A stretch of 32,000 nucleotides of DNA from Candidatus Pacearchaeota archaeon (GCA_026016245.1 CP061211.1:678725-710724); one strand, 5' to 3'; shown: positions 1 to 8,317, counted from the first letter of the stretch. The notes: generated by a model not told the origin, from the sequence alone. Program-made: numbers and translations.

Positions 1-695
1 TCTTTAAATGGAGCATGAGATTTTTCACCCTTGTCCCCATAATAAACAGGATAAAAATGACAATGAAGATTTCTTAAAAATTTTTTTCCAAGTTCTTTTT
101 CAATTTTTTCTAAAATTATCCTAAAATCTTTTTTAGTTTTCAAACTTCCAAAAGTTCTTGCATGCACATGTGCAAAATCAATGCAGGGTATACATTTAGT
201 CTCCTTGCATATTTGGATAATATGATCAAATGAACCTAATTGTGAAGTCTTACCCATTGTTTCGAGTGCAATTTTAGTTTTATATCCTAATTGTTTTGCT
301 TTTTCATTTATTTTATTCAAGTTTTTGATGACTCTTCCGATTGGATCATTAACATTCATAAATCCGGGATGTAACACAGCAGTTTTTGAATGCATTAAAT
401 CAGATAATTTAAGAGTCTTAAGCATCTCATTAAATGAATTTTTAATCACTTTCTTTTTATTGCTTGTTAAAACAACATAATAAGGAGAATGAACACTTAG
501 CTGAACATCAAACTTCTTAGCATTTATTCCCATCTGCAAAGCATTTTGTTCTGAGGTTCTTGCGCCATACGTAAACATAATTTCCAGAGCATTCAATCCA
601 ATAGAATTTAACCATTCAGGACAATTTAATCTATTATTGATAAATTTTGAACTAAAAAAATTGGGGGGATTTCCGGAAGTACCTATTCTTATCAT
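1..695 (-). CDS. nfo: Endonuclease IV-like / xylose-isomerase-like TIM barrel protein, C-terminally truncated by the window edge
   Basis: Reverse-strand translation by eye: MIRIGTSGNPPNFFSSKFINNRLNCPEWLNSIGLNALEIMFTYGARTSEQNALQMGINAKKFDVQLSVHSPYYVVLTSN...; pattern of AP endonuclease family 2. An alternative ATG is at 704. Open to the window edge. Confidence 0.75.
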   Translation of the reverse strand, partial: MIRIGTSGNPPNFFSSKFINNRLNCPEWLNSIGLNALEIMFTYGARTSEQNALQMGINAKKFDVQLSVHSPYYVVLTSNKKKVIKNSFNEMLKTLKLSDLMHSKTAVLHPGFMNVNDPIGRVIKNLNKINEKAKQLGYKTKIALETMGKTSQLGSFDHIIQICKETKCIPCIDFAHVHARTFGSLKTKKDFRIILEKIEKELGKKFLRNLHCHFYPVYYGDKGEKSHAPFK

Positions 696-703
696 TTTAG
701 ACA

Positions 704-808
704 TGGGCCCGACGCGATTCGAACGCGCGACACCTTGGTTGCTTCAAAGCTTAGGCTTTGACCCTTGCTTATAAAAGCCAAGTGCTCTACCAACTGAGCT
801 ACGGGCCC
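704..808 (-). tRNA. tRNA-Lys(TTT) with a 32-nt intron (740..771) at canonical position 37/38
   Basis: Acceptor GGGCCCG (808-802) pairs with CGGGCCC (711-705), discriminator A704; D arm GCTC..GAGC; anticodon stem CTTGG/CCAAG with spliced loop CTTTTAA; T arm GCGCG-TTCGAAT-CGCGT. Mature length 73 nt. Confidence 0.93.
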
Positions 809-860
809 TTGTTTTAAAGAGTGTAAATAAATTTATAAAGTTTCTTATTAAAATATAGAG

Positions 861-1079
861 ATGGAACAAGCAACTTTAATGATTTTAATTTTAATTGCAC
901 TAGCTTGGACAATACCTTGGAAAGGTGTTGCTTTATGGAGAGCATCAAAAAAGAATCATCTGGTTTGGTTTATTGTTCTTCTTTTAGTAAACACTCTAGC
1001 TATTCTTGAAATCCTCTACATTTTTATATTTTCTAAAGAAAAGAAAAAACAGAAGAAAAGGAAGAGAAGAAAAAGGTAG
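861..1079 (+). CDS. Small membrane protein, DUF5652-like
   Basis: 72 aa, two hydrophobic helices, WKGVALWRASKKNHLVWFIVLLLVNTLAILEILYIF pattern; TATA box (aatttataaag) about 26 nt upstream of the ATG. Confidence 0.7.
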   Translation: MEQATLMILILIALAWTIPWKGVALWRASKKNHLVWFIVLLLVNTLAILEILYIFIFSKEKKKQKKRKRRKR

Positions 1080-1128
1080 AAGAGAAGAAATAACAATAGA
1101 AAATGAGTTTTAAATTTTCTTAGATTCA

Positions 1129-1431
1129 TTAGCCTTTCATGTGTTTTTTAAGATACTGCCAAGGAATTAATATAAATAAAAACCAGAGAACAAGACAGCC
1201 AAACTCTTCTATTGGAATGCCAAATCCTACTGTTATTCCTGTGATTTGTTCTGGAAAATTAACCCACCACCTACCATAAGCTATTATTTCTATTAAATAT
1301 AAAAAAACAATACCAGATACCCAGAAAATAATTTTTCCTTTAGTAAACTTAAGAACCTCTGTTTTAAGAAAATAATCTAGCAAGATAAGTATTACAATTC
1401 CTACAATTGTGGTAATCGTGTATTCCATCAT
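1129..1431 (-). CDS. Lycopene cyclase domain-like membrane protein (one half)
   Basis: 100 aa, three hydrophobic segments, IPIEEF motif; start overlaps the stop of the upstream partner (ATGA-type). Confidence 0.65.
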   Translation of the reverse strand: MMEYTITTIVGIVILILLDYFLKTEVLKFTKGKIIFWVSGIVFLYLIEIIAYGRWWVNFPEQITGITVGFGIPIEEFGCLVLWFLFILIPWQYLKKHMKG

Positions 1432-1751
1432 TTTTTCTTATGTTCTTTGTCAAATTTTAAATATCTTTCCCAGACAGCTATGACTATCATAGGAGCTATT
1501 ACATACAGAAAAGCGTCTTCAAGATAAATTGGTGGAAGAGAAATTCCAACTAAAACCTCATGACCTATATCCCACCATTGTCTGGCATAACCTAACATTG
1601 CAAGAGTTTCAGCAATAAAAAATGAGAGAATTATAACTAAGATTAATTTTTTTCTGTTCTTTTTATTAAATAAATTAAGATTATATGTTTTGTTTACAAT
1701 AAGTGCTATTACAAGAATGATAATATTAAAGATCAAAAATTCTCCAATCAT
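1428..1751 (-). CDS. Lycopene cyclase domain-like membrane protein (other half)
   Basis: 107 aa, three hydrophobic segments, PPIYLEDAFLY motif and WERYLK ending; TATA-like tttatatatc centred about 1776. Confidence 0.65.
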   Translation of the reverse strand: MIGEFLIFNIIILVIALIVNKTYNLNLFNKKNRKKLILVIILSFFIAETLAMLGYARQWWDIGHEVLVGISLPPIYLEDAFLYVIAPMIVIAVWERYLKFDKEHKKK

Positions 1752-1952
1752 AATTTTAATTATTTTATTAGATATATAAAATTTTCCAAGAAAACGCCCT
1801 AGCCAAATGGTTAGAATTTGTTTGACGCTCTTATTGAATTTTTACAAGAGGATTAGGTTTAAATATTTTGCTTCTTTTAGAAAATTACCTCCTTAGTCTT
1901 TGATCTCAAAATTAAATGGTCAATTTATATAGTATATTCAATTATTGTAATC

Positions 1953-2096
1953 ATGAAGAAAAAAAATAAAAAGTTTGATGAATTAGTAGAGAAAGAACGT
2001 TTAAAATTAAAGGATTTTATGGATATTCTTGAAAAAATAAATCAGACGGAGGAAAAAGATGTCGCAGAAATCAAGTTCAAATTCTCAGCAAGTTAA
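1953..2096 (+). CDS. Small basic/charged protein, 47 aa, overlapping the start of the SDH protease gene
   Basis: ATG at 1953 translates MKKKNKKFDELVEKERLKLKDFMDILEKINQTEEKDVAEIKFKFSAS*; a TATA element (atttatatag) is centred about 25 nt upstream. The downstream gene has an SD-like GGAGG inside this ORF. Below the cutoff of the supplied ORF track. Confidence 0.5.
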   Translation: MKKKNKKFDELVEKERLKLKDFMDILEKINQTEEKDVAEIKFKFSAS

Positions 2097-2988
2097 GACA
2101 ACTAAAACTTCTTTTAATTTGGGTCAATTAGATAAAGAACAAAATTTAAAGCGTAAAGAATTAATATTGGACATAGAAAAACAATTGAAAGGAAAAGTTA
2201 TTATTTATTTCGCAAATTTCACTCACCCCTTTGGTATAATTTCTGGAGAAGACATAATGCTTTTTGAAGAAACTCTTGCATCAATAGGGAAAACAGAGAG
2301 ATTATTTTTAATTATAAATAGTCCAGGAGGTTACCCTGATGCTGCAGAAAAAATGATAATGTTGTGTAGAGCGAGATGTAAAAAATTCTATGTGGTGGTT
2401 CCAAATGAAGCCAAAAGTGCAGCCACAATGATATCTCTTGGAGCAGACGAAATATGGATGAGTCACATATCTGAACTTGGCCCGATAGACCCAATTATAA
2501 CACATAATCAAAACAATTTCCAAGCTTGGGCATATCTTAGTGGTTTTAATAGTATCAAAGGGGAAATTATAGAATCTAAAAATCCTTTATTAATACAAAT
2601 GTATTTACCTTTATTGAATAAGATAGATCCAACTATCTTAGATATCTGTTTGAGAACTACATATGATGCAAAAAAATTTGCGGAGAAATGGCTTAAGAAA
2701 CATATGTTGAAGAGAAATCAAAAGCAGGCTGAGAAAACAGCAGAGATTTTATCTTCAGCTGATAAATATTTAACTCACACAAAAGTAATTGATTATAAAG
2801 AAGCAAGGAGACATCTTAAATTAAAGGTGAAATACATAAGAAAAGAAACGCGATTGTGGAAAAATATATGGGAACTATACGTAAGGGCCCAGAAACACAT
2901 TACAGATCAAAATCTAACAAAAATGGTCGGCAGCAGTTCTATAGAGATTGGGCAGAGTGTTTCTGTAAAGAAAATTGAAAAGAGTTAA
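2059..2988 (+). CDS. SDH-type ClpP-fold serine proteinase family protein
   Basis: 309 aa; FLIINSPGGYPDAAEKM...VVPNEAKSAATMISLGADEIWMSHISELGPIDP matches the serine dehydrogenase proteinase/ClpP-crotonase-fold pattern. Confidence 0.85.
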   Translation: MSQKSSSNSQQVKTTKTSFNLGQLDKEQNLKRKELILDIEKQLKGKVIIYFANFTHPFGIISGEDIMLFEETLASIGKTERLFLIINSPGGYPDAAEKMIMLCRARCKKFYVVVPNEAKSAATMISLGADEIWMSHISELGPIDPIITHNQNNFQAWAYLSGFNSIKGEIIESKNPLLIQMYLPLLNKIDPTILDICLRTTYDAKKFAEKWLKKHMLKRNQKQAEKTAEILSSADKYLTHTKVIDYKEARRHLKLKVKYIRKETRLWKNIWELYVRAQKHITDQNLTKMVGSSSIEIGQSVSVKKIEKS

Positions 2989-3001
2989 TATAAAAAACCA
3001 T

Positions 3002-3226
3002 CTACTTCTTCACATAATGCCTAAACCTATCATCTTTTGGATTAATGCACTTGATAAAGCCTTTCTTTTCCAGCTCTAAAAGAATACGACTTATTGAACT
3101 CCTATGTTTTTTCATTTCCTTTGCCAATTCTGTTGCGGTTTTTGGCTCTTTTAATCTTGACAAGACTTCTTTTCTTAACCTACCTTTCTTTAGAAATATC
3201 TCTTTTTTCCACTCTCTTTTATTCAT
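3002..3226 (-). CDS. Winged-helix transcriptional regulator (MarR/ArsR-like)
   Basis: 74 aa; LKEPKTATELAKEMKKHRSSISRILLELEKKGFIKCINPKDDRFRHYVK is a typical wHTH. Confidence 0.8.
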   Translation of the reverse strand: MNKREWKKEIFLKKGRLRKEVLSRLKEPKTATELAKEMKKHRSSISRILLELEKKGFIKCINPKDDRFRHYVKK

Positions 3227-3262
3227 AGAGAAAAAGCGTATTATTTATTTTAATATCAGAGT

Positions 3263-3279
3263 AATGTTAGCGTAACATT
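3263..3279. promoter_or_regulatory. Inverted repeat AATGTTA-GCG-TAACATT, candidate operator
   Basis: Perfect 7-bp arms with a 3-nt spacer between the divergent wHTH gene and the lipoprotein gene, abutting the plus-strand TATA (atttataaaat). Confidence 0.55.
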
Positions 3280-3306
3280 TATAAAATAAGAAAAATTAAG
3301 TTAATC

Positions 3307-3864
3307 ATGGAAACTAAATATCTATGCATAGTTTTAGTCTTGCTATTGACAATAGGTATTCTTTTTGTTTCTGGATGTGGAAAACCGGTTTACTTTGGAA
3401 ATGAGAGTAATGCATCTCAAGGTGATAACCAAAATAATCAGCAATCAGGTGATCAAGTCCAAGAAACTAAAGTTCAAACAATAGGAGATGTATATTTTCT
3501 TGCTAAAAATTGGGATAGTGATTCAGAAGTAGATGGATTAGAATTTGATTTAAATCCAAAGGACAAGGATGATTCTCTTGTAATGACTGATGGAAAAGTT
3601 TCTATAAAATTATGGAAAATAGTGCAGCAAGGATATGAAAACAAATGCTTGAAAAGAAATGAAGACCTTTTAGAGTCTTGGGATAACATTCAGGTTAAAA
3701 AAGGTGATTACAGTATTTTTGGAGTAACAGTAAGAGCAGAATACAAAAGTTATGAAATTACTGATGACAAGTATGCCCTTGGTTGTGCAGAGGTGGTCTT
3801 TACAACCCCAGATGGAAAGAATTTTACATCTTCAGAAGATACAATATTTATTAATGGATTGTAA
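3307..3864 (+). CDS. Predicted secreted lipoprotein of unknown function
   Basis: 185 aa; N-terminal hydrophobic helix ending in the lipobox-like VSGCG; Gln/Asn-rich linker, then a beta-rich domain; TATA about 26 nt upstream of the ATG. Confidence 0.6.
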   Translation: METKYLCIVLVLLLTIGILFVSGCGKPVYFGNESNASQGDNQNNQQSGDQVQETKVQTIGDVYFLAKNWDSDSEVDGLEFDLNPKDKDDSLVMTDGKVSIKLWKIVQQGYENKCLKRNEDLLESWDNIQVKKGDYSIFGVTVRAEYKSYEITDDKYALGCAEVVFTTPDGKNFTSSEDTIFINGL

Positions 3865-3865
3865 A

Positions 3866-4192
3866 ATGGCAAAAACAAGTTTTATTTTGGGTTTAATTGG
3901 AGGAATTTTGGGATTTTTTAGTGGAATTCTAGCTTTAACTATTGGTGGGGTAGGTGAAGCATTTAACCTTTTAGGAGCTGGAGAACTTACCGGATTAGGA
4001 ATTGCTGCTATTATTTTTTCTATAATTGCCATAATATTCTCAGTTATATCTACAAAGAAGCCAAAATTGGGTGGTTGGATTATGATAATTTCTGGAATAG
4101 CTATTTTGATATGTATTTCATTGTTTGGATTGCTTCCTGCAGTACTTATTATAACTGGTGGAATAATGGCTTTAGTTAAAAAGAAAAAATAA
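3866..4192 (+). CDS. Small multi-TM protein, DUF4064-like
   Basis: Start moved from 3752 to the in-frame ATG just after the stop of the lipoprotein gene; MAKTSFILGLIGGILGFFSGILAL... with Gly-rich TM helices. Confidence 0.6.
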   Translation: MAKTSFILGLIGGILGFFSGILALTIGGVGEAFNLLGAGELTGLGIAAIIFSIIAIIFSVISTKKPKLGGWIMIISGIAILICISLFGLLPAVLIITGGIMALVKKKK

Positions 4193-4222
4193 TTTTTAGA
4201 AAGCTTTTTAAGAAATAAGAAA

Positions 4223-4537
4223 TCATTTACTTTTTATTTTTTTATAATAACCTTTATTTTTTAATTCTTCGTAAAGTTCTTTTCCTTTCAGTGTTAAGAT
4301 ATAAGAATCAAAAGTTCCATTTTCAGTAGGAATCATAGTTCCTGAAGCTTTTTTCTCTACCAAACCTATTTTTTGTAATAATTTTAGAGACAAAATATTA
4401 TTGCTAATGATATAATAATCATTTCCTAAATAATCTTTACTTGAAAAAATTTCTTTTAGATATAATGCAATTGTTTCAAATATAAAATTCTTATTTATTT
4501 TTCCTATTTCTTTCTTGATATCTTGTTCTAGTCCCAT
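4223..4537 (-). CDS. Hypothetical protein, possibly winged-helix-like
   Basis: 104 aa ORF; C-terminal pattern LLQKIGLVEKKASGTMIPTENGTFDSYILTLKGKELYEELKNKG resembles a wHTH wing, but no family was recognised. Confidence 0.5.
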   Translation of the reverse strand: MGLEQDIKKEIGKINKNFIFETIALYLKEIFSSKDYLGNDYYIISNNILSLKLLQKIGLVEKKASGTMIPTENGTFDSYILTLKGKELYEELKNKGYYKKIKSK

Positions 4538-4562
4538 TTTCCCTTAACCTAAAATCATGAAG

Positions 4563-4634
4563 CGCCCCCGCCGAGAATCGAACTCGGGTCGGAGCCTCGA
4601 CAGGGCTCTATGCTAACCTCTACACCACGAGGGC
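4563..4634 (-). tRNA. tRNA-Asp(GTC)
   Basis: Acceptor GCCCTCG/CGGGGGC (with G.U), anticodon stem GAGCC/GGCTC with loop CTGTCGA, T arm CCGAG-TTCGATT-CTCGG; 72 nt. Confidence 0.93.
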
Positions 4635-4682
4635 ATAATTAATAGGGAAGTCAGGAATTTTTAAAGCTTTCTCATCGCTATC

Positions 4683-4898
4683 TTACTTCCTTCTTTTCTT
4701 GTTCTTTTTGTGGAAAGGTTTGAAATGATCTACAATTAATTCACTTATAACAGCAAAAGGTAATGATACTAATGCTATAATTCCTACAATATGCCAAGTT
4801 ATTGTTGCTCCTGTTGCTAGTCCTATTGCTATAAGATCTTCGATTATTCCTAAACCCATACCAACAATAAAAAATTCTAATAAGCGTCCTAATTTCAT
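4683..4898 (-). CDS. Small membrane protein, last gene of the minus-strand array
   Basis: 71 aa, two hydrophobic segments; overlaps the trxB-like stop by 4 nt. Confidence 0.5.
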   Translation of the reverse strand: MKLGRLLEFFIVGMGLGIIEDLIAIGLATGATITWHIVGIIALVSLPFAVISELIVDHFKPFHKKNKKRRK

Positions 4899-5845
4899 TT
4901 TCTTTTTTTTATTTCTTGAATATAATCTTGGGCTGATATTGCGGCTGTGGCGCCTTGAGCTGCTGCAGTTAGGATTTGTTTTAATTTTCTGTTTGTTATG
5001 TCACCTGCAGCAAATATTCCTTTAATGTTTGTTTTCATTTCTTCATCTACAACAATAAAACCACCCCCATCTAATTTTATATCTAATTGTTTTACAAGTT
5101 CTGTTGAGGGAGTCATACCTATTTCAATTATTATGCCCTGAATTGGGAGCTCTTTTTTCTGTCCAGTTTCTTTGAATTCCTTATCCTGCCATTCAACTTC
5201 TTCTATTTCTATTGCATTGACAAATTCTTTTCCCTTGATTTCATTGACTTTATGACTGCTTAAAATTTCAAGCTTTTCTTTACCTTCTTTTTTTAACTGC
5301 TCTAATCTGAATGCTTTTGCTCGAGGTTTCTTTTCTATATCTATCATATAAATCTTGTTAGCATATTTTAACATTAATAATGCTGCAATTACTGCTGAAT
5401 CTCCTCCTCCAATTATTGCTACATCTTTGTCCTTAAAAAAAGGAGCATCACATAATACACAATAGGTAATCCCCTTTCCCTTAAACTCTTGTTCTCCTTT
5501 AATGCCTAGCTCTCTCCTTTTGCTGCCTAAAGCAAGAATTAGTGTTTTTCCCAAGTAAGTGTCTTTATTTGTTTTTATTACAAATTCATTTTCTACTTCT
5601 TTAATTTCTAATATTTCTTCCTCTATTTTGATGTCTATGGCTTGAACTTGCTCATACATCTTTTTTGCCAAATCCATGCCAGAAATTTCCTTAAATCCAG
5701 GATAGTTTTCTATTAAAGGAGTTTCAACTACATAGCCTCCTACTTGTTTTCCTACAAGAAGAGTATTGAGTTTTGATCTTTCTGCATATAAGGCTGCTGC
5801 AAGTCCTGCTGGTCCTATGCCCAAAATAATTAAGTCATATATCAT
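4895..5845 (-). CDS. trxB: Thioredoxin reductase-like FAD-dependent pyridine nucleotide disulfide oxidoreductase
   Basis: ILGIGPAGLAAALYAERS FAD motif, redox CVLC (YCVLCDAPFF), VAIIGGGDSA nucleotide-binding motif, GIFAAGDITNRKLKQILTAAAQGATAA. Confidence 0.9.
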   Translation of the reverse strand: MIYDLIILGIGPAGLAAALYAERSKLNTLLVGKQVGGYVVETPLIENYPGFKEISGMDLAKKMYEQVQAIDIKIEEEILEIKEVENEFVIKTNKDTYLGKTLILALGSKRRELGIKGEQEFKGKGITYCVLCDAPFFKDKDVAIIGGGDSAVIAALLMLKYANKIYMIDIEKKPRAKAFRLEQLKKEGKEKLEILSSHKVNEIKGKEFVNAIEIEEVEWQDKEFKETGQKKELPIQGIIIEIGMTPSTELVKQLDIKLDGGGFIVVDEEMKTNIKGIFAAGDITNRKLKQILTAAAQGATAAISAQDYIQEIKKRK

Positions 5846-5858
5846 TTTTTATATTTTA

Positions 5859-6560
5859 TTAGTAAACCCAGCCAAATAATAAAGCTATACCAATTAACAC
5901 AAGCAAGATACCAGCAATAAGATGCAATAATCTTAGATTCTTCTCACGCCATCCATAAACAGCGTCAATAGTTGAAAAGCCAAAATAAATTATTAAGGTT
6001 ATTGCTATCATTGGCAAGACAAAAATCAAATTATAAACCAAAAGCATGGGGACTATTTCCAGAAGCGTTATAGGTTCGAGAATTCCACAACATATTATGT
6101 AAGGGCCCATAGTACATGGAGTGAGGAATAAAGAACAGAAAATACCAATAATAATAGCTCCCTTTACTGAAGTAATTCTTGAAATGAGATCTTTCATTCT
6201 TGGACGCCATTTTCTTGGCACCTCAGTAACAAAACCTCCTGCTCCATAAGAGAAGAAATCTTTTATGTTAAATCCTCCTAATACAATGCCAACAATACCT
6301 AGAGTACGGTAAAGCCATATTTTAAACACAGCAAGTTGGGTTAATGCTTTGAAAAAATTAATTAGGATAAGACCATAAAAAAAATACATTACAAAGATAG
6401 CAGCTGTAAAAGCAAATCCTATTTGTAAAACTTTTTTTCTTTGTCTTGGAAATCTTGTAAGTATGGCTATGAGCGCAAGAGTTAGGACTGCTAGCTCACA
6501 AGGATTCACAGCATCAGCTGCAGCAAGTCCTAATAATGTTGCCCAAGTTAGATCTACCAT
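5859..6560 (-). CDS. CcdA/DsbD-type transmembrane thiol electron carrier
   Basis: Polytopic; both conserved Pro-Cys sites present (DAVNPCE and LFLTPCTMGPY). Confidence 0.85.
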   Translation of the reverse strand: MVDLTWATLLGLAAADAVNPCELAVLTLALIAILTRFPRQRKKVLQIGFAFTAAIFVMYFFYGLILINFFKALTQLAVFKIWLYRTLGIVGIVLGGFNIKDFFSYGAGGFVTEVPRKWRPRMKDLISRITSVKGAIIIGIFCSLFLTPCTMGPYIICCGILEPITLLEIVPMLLVYNLIFVLPMIAITLIIYFGFSTIDAVYGWREKNLRLLHLIAGILLVLIGIALLFGWVY

Positions 6561-6561
6561 T

Positions 6562-6966
6562 TTATTCAGCTAAAATTGCCTCTTTATATTGCTCTTTACT
6601 TCTGACACCAACATAAACTTTACAATTTATAATTATTGTTGGTATAGCTTCAGGAATTAACCCTAAACTTAATATTCTTTCTTTATCAGCATCTATAGCA
6701 AGATCATAATAACCAAATTCCATTTCTAGTTCTTGTTCCAATTCTTGTAATCTTGGAATAGCTATTGCGCAAGCCCCACAGCCTGCTCCATGAATTGTAA
6801 TGACTTTTTCCAATTGTGAACATTTTTCTGAAGGAATGATCATACCATCCTTTAATAAAATATCTTCTGTGTTTTGATTGGAAAATTTAGGGATAAGTAT
6901 TAGAATAACAATTATCAAAACTGCGATAATTAATGCTACTATGCCCAAAAAAAGTTTTTTATTCAT
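6562..6966 (-). CDS. Membrane-anchored thioredoxin-fold protein with CGAC active site
   Basis: N-terminal TM helix then ITIHGAGCGACAIAIPRLQELEQE...IPTIIINCKVYVGV; cis-Pro (IPT) present. Confidence 0.8.
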   Translation of the reverse strand: MNKKLFLGIVALIIAVLIIVILILIPKFSNQNTEDILLKDGMIIPSEKCSQLEKVITIHGAGCGACAIAIPRLQELEQELEMEFGYYDLAIDADKERILSLGLIPEAIPTIIINCKVYVGVRSKEQYKEAILAE

Positions 6967-6967
6967 T

Positions 6968-7204
6968 TTATTCTTTTATCTTGAGCAGTTGTTTCAATTT
7001 ATTTATATCAAAACCTACAATAAATCGGCCATCTATCTCTGTTACTGGAACTCCCATCTGCCCAGTTTTTTCAACCATCTTTTTTGCTGAGTCTAGATCA
7101 ATACTTACATCAATTTCTTCAAATTCAATATTTTTTTCTTTTAGCCAATCTTTTAATTTACCGCACCAAGGACATATCGGCGTTGAATAAACTTTTACTT
7201 TCAT
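6968..7204 (-). CDS. Glutaredoxin-family protein (CPWC)
   Basis: MKVKVYSTPICPWCGKLKDWLKEKNIEFEEIDVS...GQMGVPVTEIDGRFIVGFD is a classic Grx/NrdH pattern. Confidence 0.9.
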   Translation of the reverse strand: MKVKVYSTPICPWCGKLKDWLKEKNIEFEEIDVSIDLDSAKKMVEKTGQMGVPVTEIDGRFIVGFDINKLKQLLKIKE

Positions 7205-7207
7205 TTT

Positions 7208-8122
7208 TCAAAGGCATATTTTTGATTTTAATTTCATTAGTGCTCTTAACTCTTTCATCGTGTTTTTCAGCGAAGGAAGTTCTTCTGATTTCTCAAGCAA
7301 AGACTCCTTAATTTTCCATAAAACCCAAGTTATCATTAGAATAAGAAGTGCTTTTTTCTCCTCATTGTTTAATCTTATACGTTTTTGATATATCTCAAGA
7401 TATCTGGAAGCTTTTTTTGTATCAAATTTTTTTGTTATGCACAAACTTAAAAGTGCCTTGGAAAGGTCATAAGCAACATATCCATATGCTAAATCATCAA
7501 AATCAATTATCCCTATTCTTTTATTGAAGATGATAGCATTCTCTTTTTGTATATCATTGTGCACTATTTGTTTTTTAAGTTTGACCCAATTGATTTTTTT
7601 GTATTCAAACTTGACAAAATTATAGGCTTGCAAAGTTAATTTATGGTTTATCTGCTTATGTCTTCTTATTTTATTTAGTTCTTCTTTGCTTAGAAAGATT
7701 CTTGGATTATCGAATTTGCTTATTGGCTTTATTTTCTTGAGGTTTTTTGTTAATCCGCTATGTGAATCAGCTATTAATTCTATTTCCCTCAAATTTGGAA
7801 ACCTTTTCTTGAATGTTCTTCCAGGTATATATTCAAGAAGAGCAGTTCTTCTTGGTTTAGTTGGGTTTATTAGTTCTTTCTTCTTTGTTCTTGTTGGCCT
7901 TGGAACTGATTCTACTGAAAGTTTTTCAAGAACTTTAAAGATATCGTCTTTCTTCATTTTTGGGATCCCAATATTCCAACCTTCTTTTATTCTTCTAAAA
8001 ACATATTTCTTATCACCATCATAAATTAAATAAGATTCATTTTCAACTCCTTCAGTAAATCTTTTAATTATTTTTGGATTTTTTAGCTTCCAGGCAGATA
8101 GCTCTTTTTTAGTTGGTTTCAT
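7208..8122 (-). CDS. Aminoglycoside phosphotransferase/homoserine kinase-like protein
   Basis: [39 protein letters not shown] matches the HxDxxxxN and DFD catalytic motifs of the APH superfamily. Confidence 0.8.
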   Translation of the reverse strand: MKPTKKELSAWKLKNPKIIKRFTEGVENESYLIYDGDKKYVFRRIKEGWNIGIPKMKKDDIFKVLEKLSVESVPRPTRTKKKELINPTKPRRTALLEYIPGRTFKKRFPNLREIELIADSHSGLTKNLKKIKPISKFDNPRIFLSKEELNKIRRHKQINHKLTLQAYNFVKFEYKKINWVKLKKQIVHNDIQKENAIIFNKRIGIIDFDDLAYGYVAYDLSKALLSLCITKKFDTKKASRYLEIYQKRIRLNNEEKKALLILMITWVLWKIKESLLEKSEELPSLKNTMKELRALMKLKSKICL

Positions 8123-8316
8123 TTTATATCCTTACAAAAATTTTTAAAACTTCTATCATAAGTGGCTTCAGCTTCTTTTGAAAAACAGCAAGCTGGAAGT
8201 TCATTTCTTGATAAATGATAGGCTATACATTCACAACATATTCCTTTTTTATCACAATCATAAGTGCAAGGACATTTTTTTAAATTTTTTTCTCTGTTAA
8301 TACAATCTTTGGTCAT
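8119..8316 (-). CDS. DUF6485-like cysteine-rich protein
   Basis: 65 aa; [41 protein letters not shown], 10 Cys. Confidence 0.75.
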   Translation of the reverse strand: MTKDCINREKNLKKCPCTYDCDKKGICCECIAYHLSRNELPACCFSKEAEATYDRSFKNFCKDIK

Positions 8317-8317
8317 T

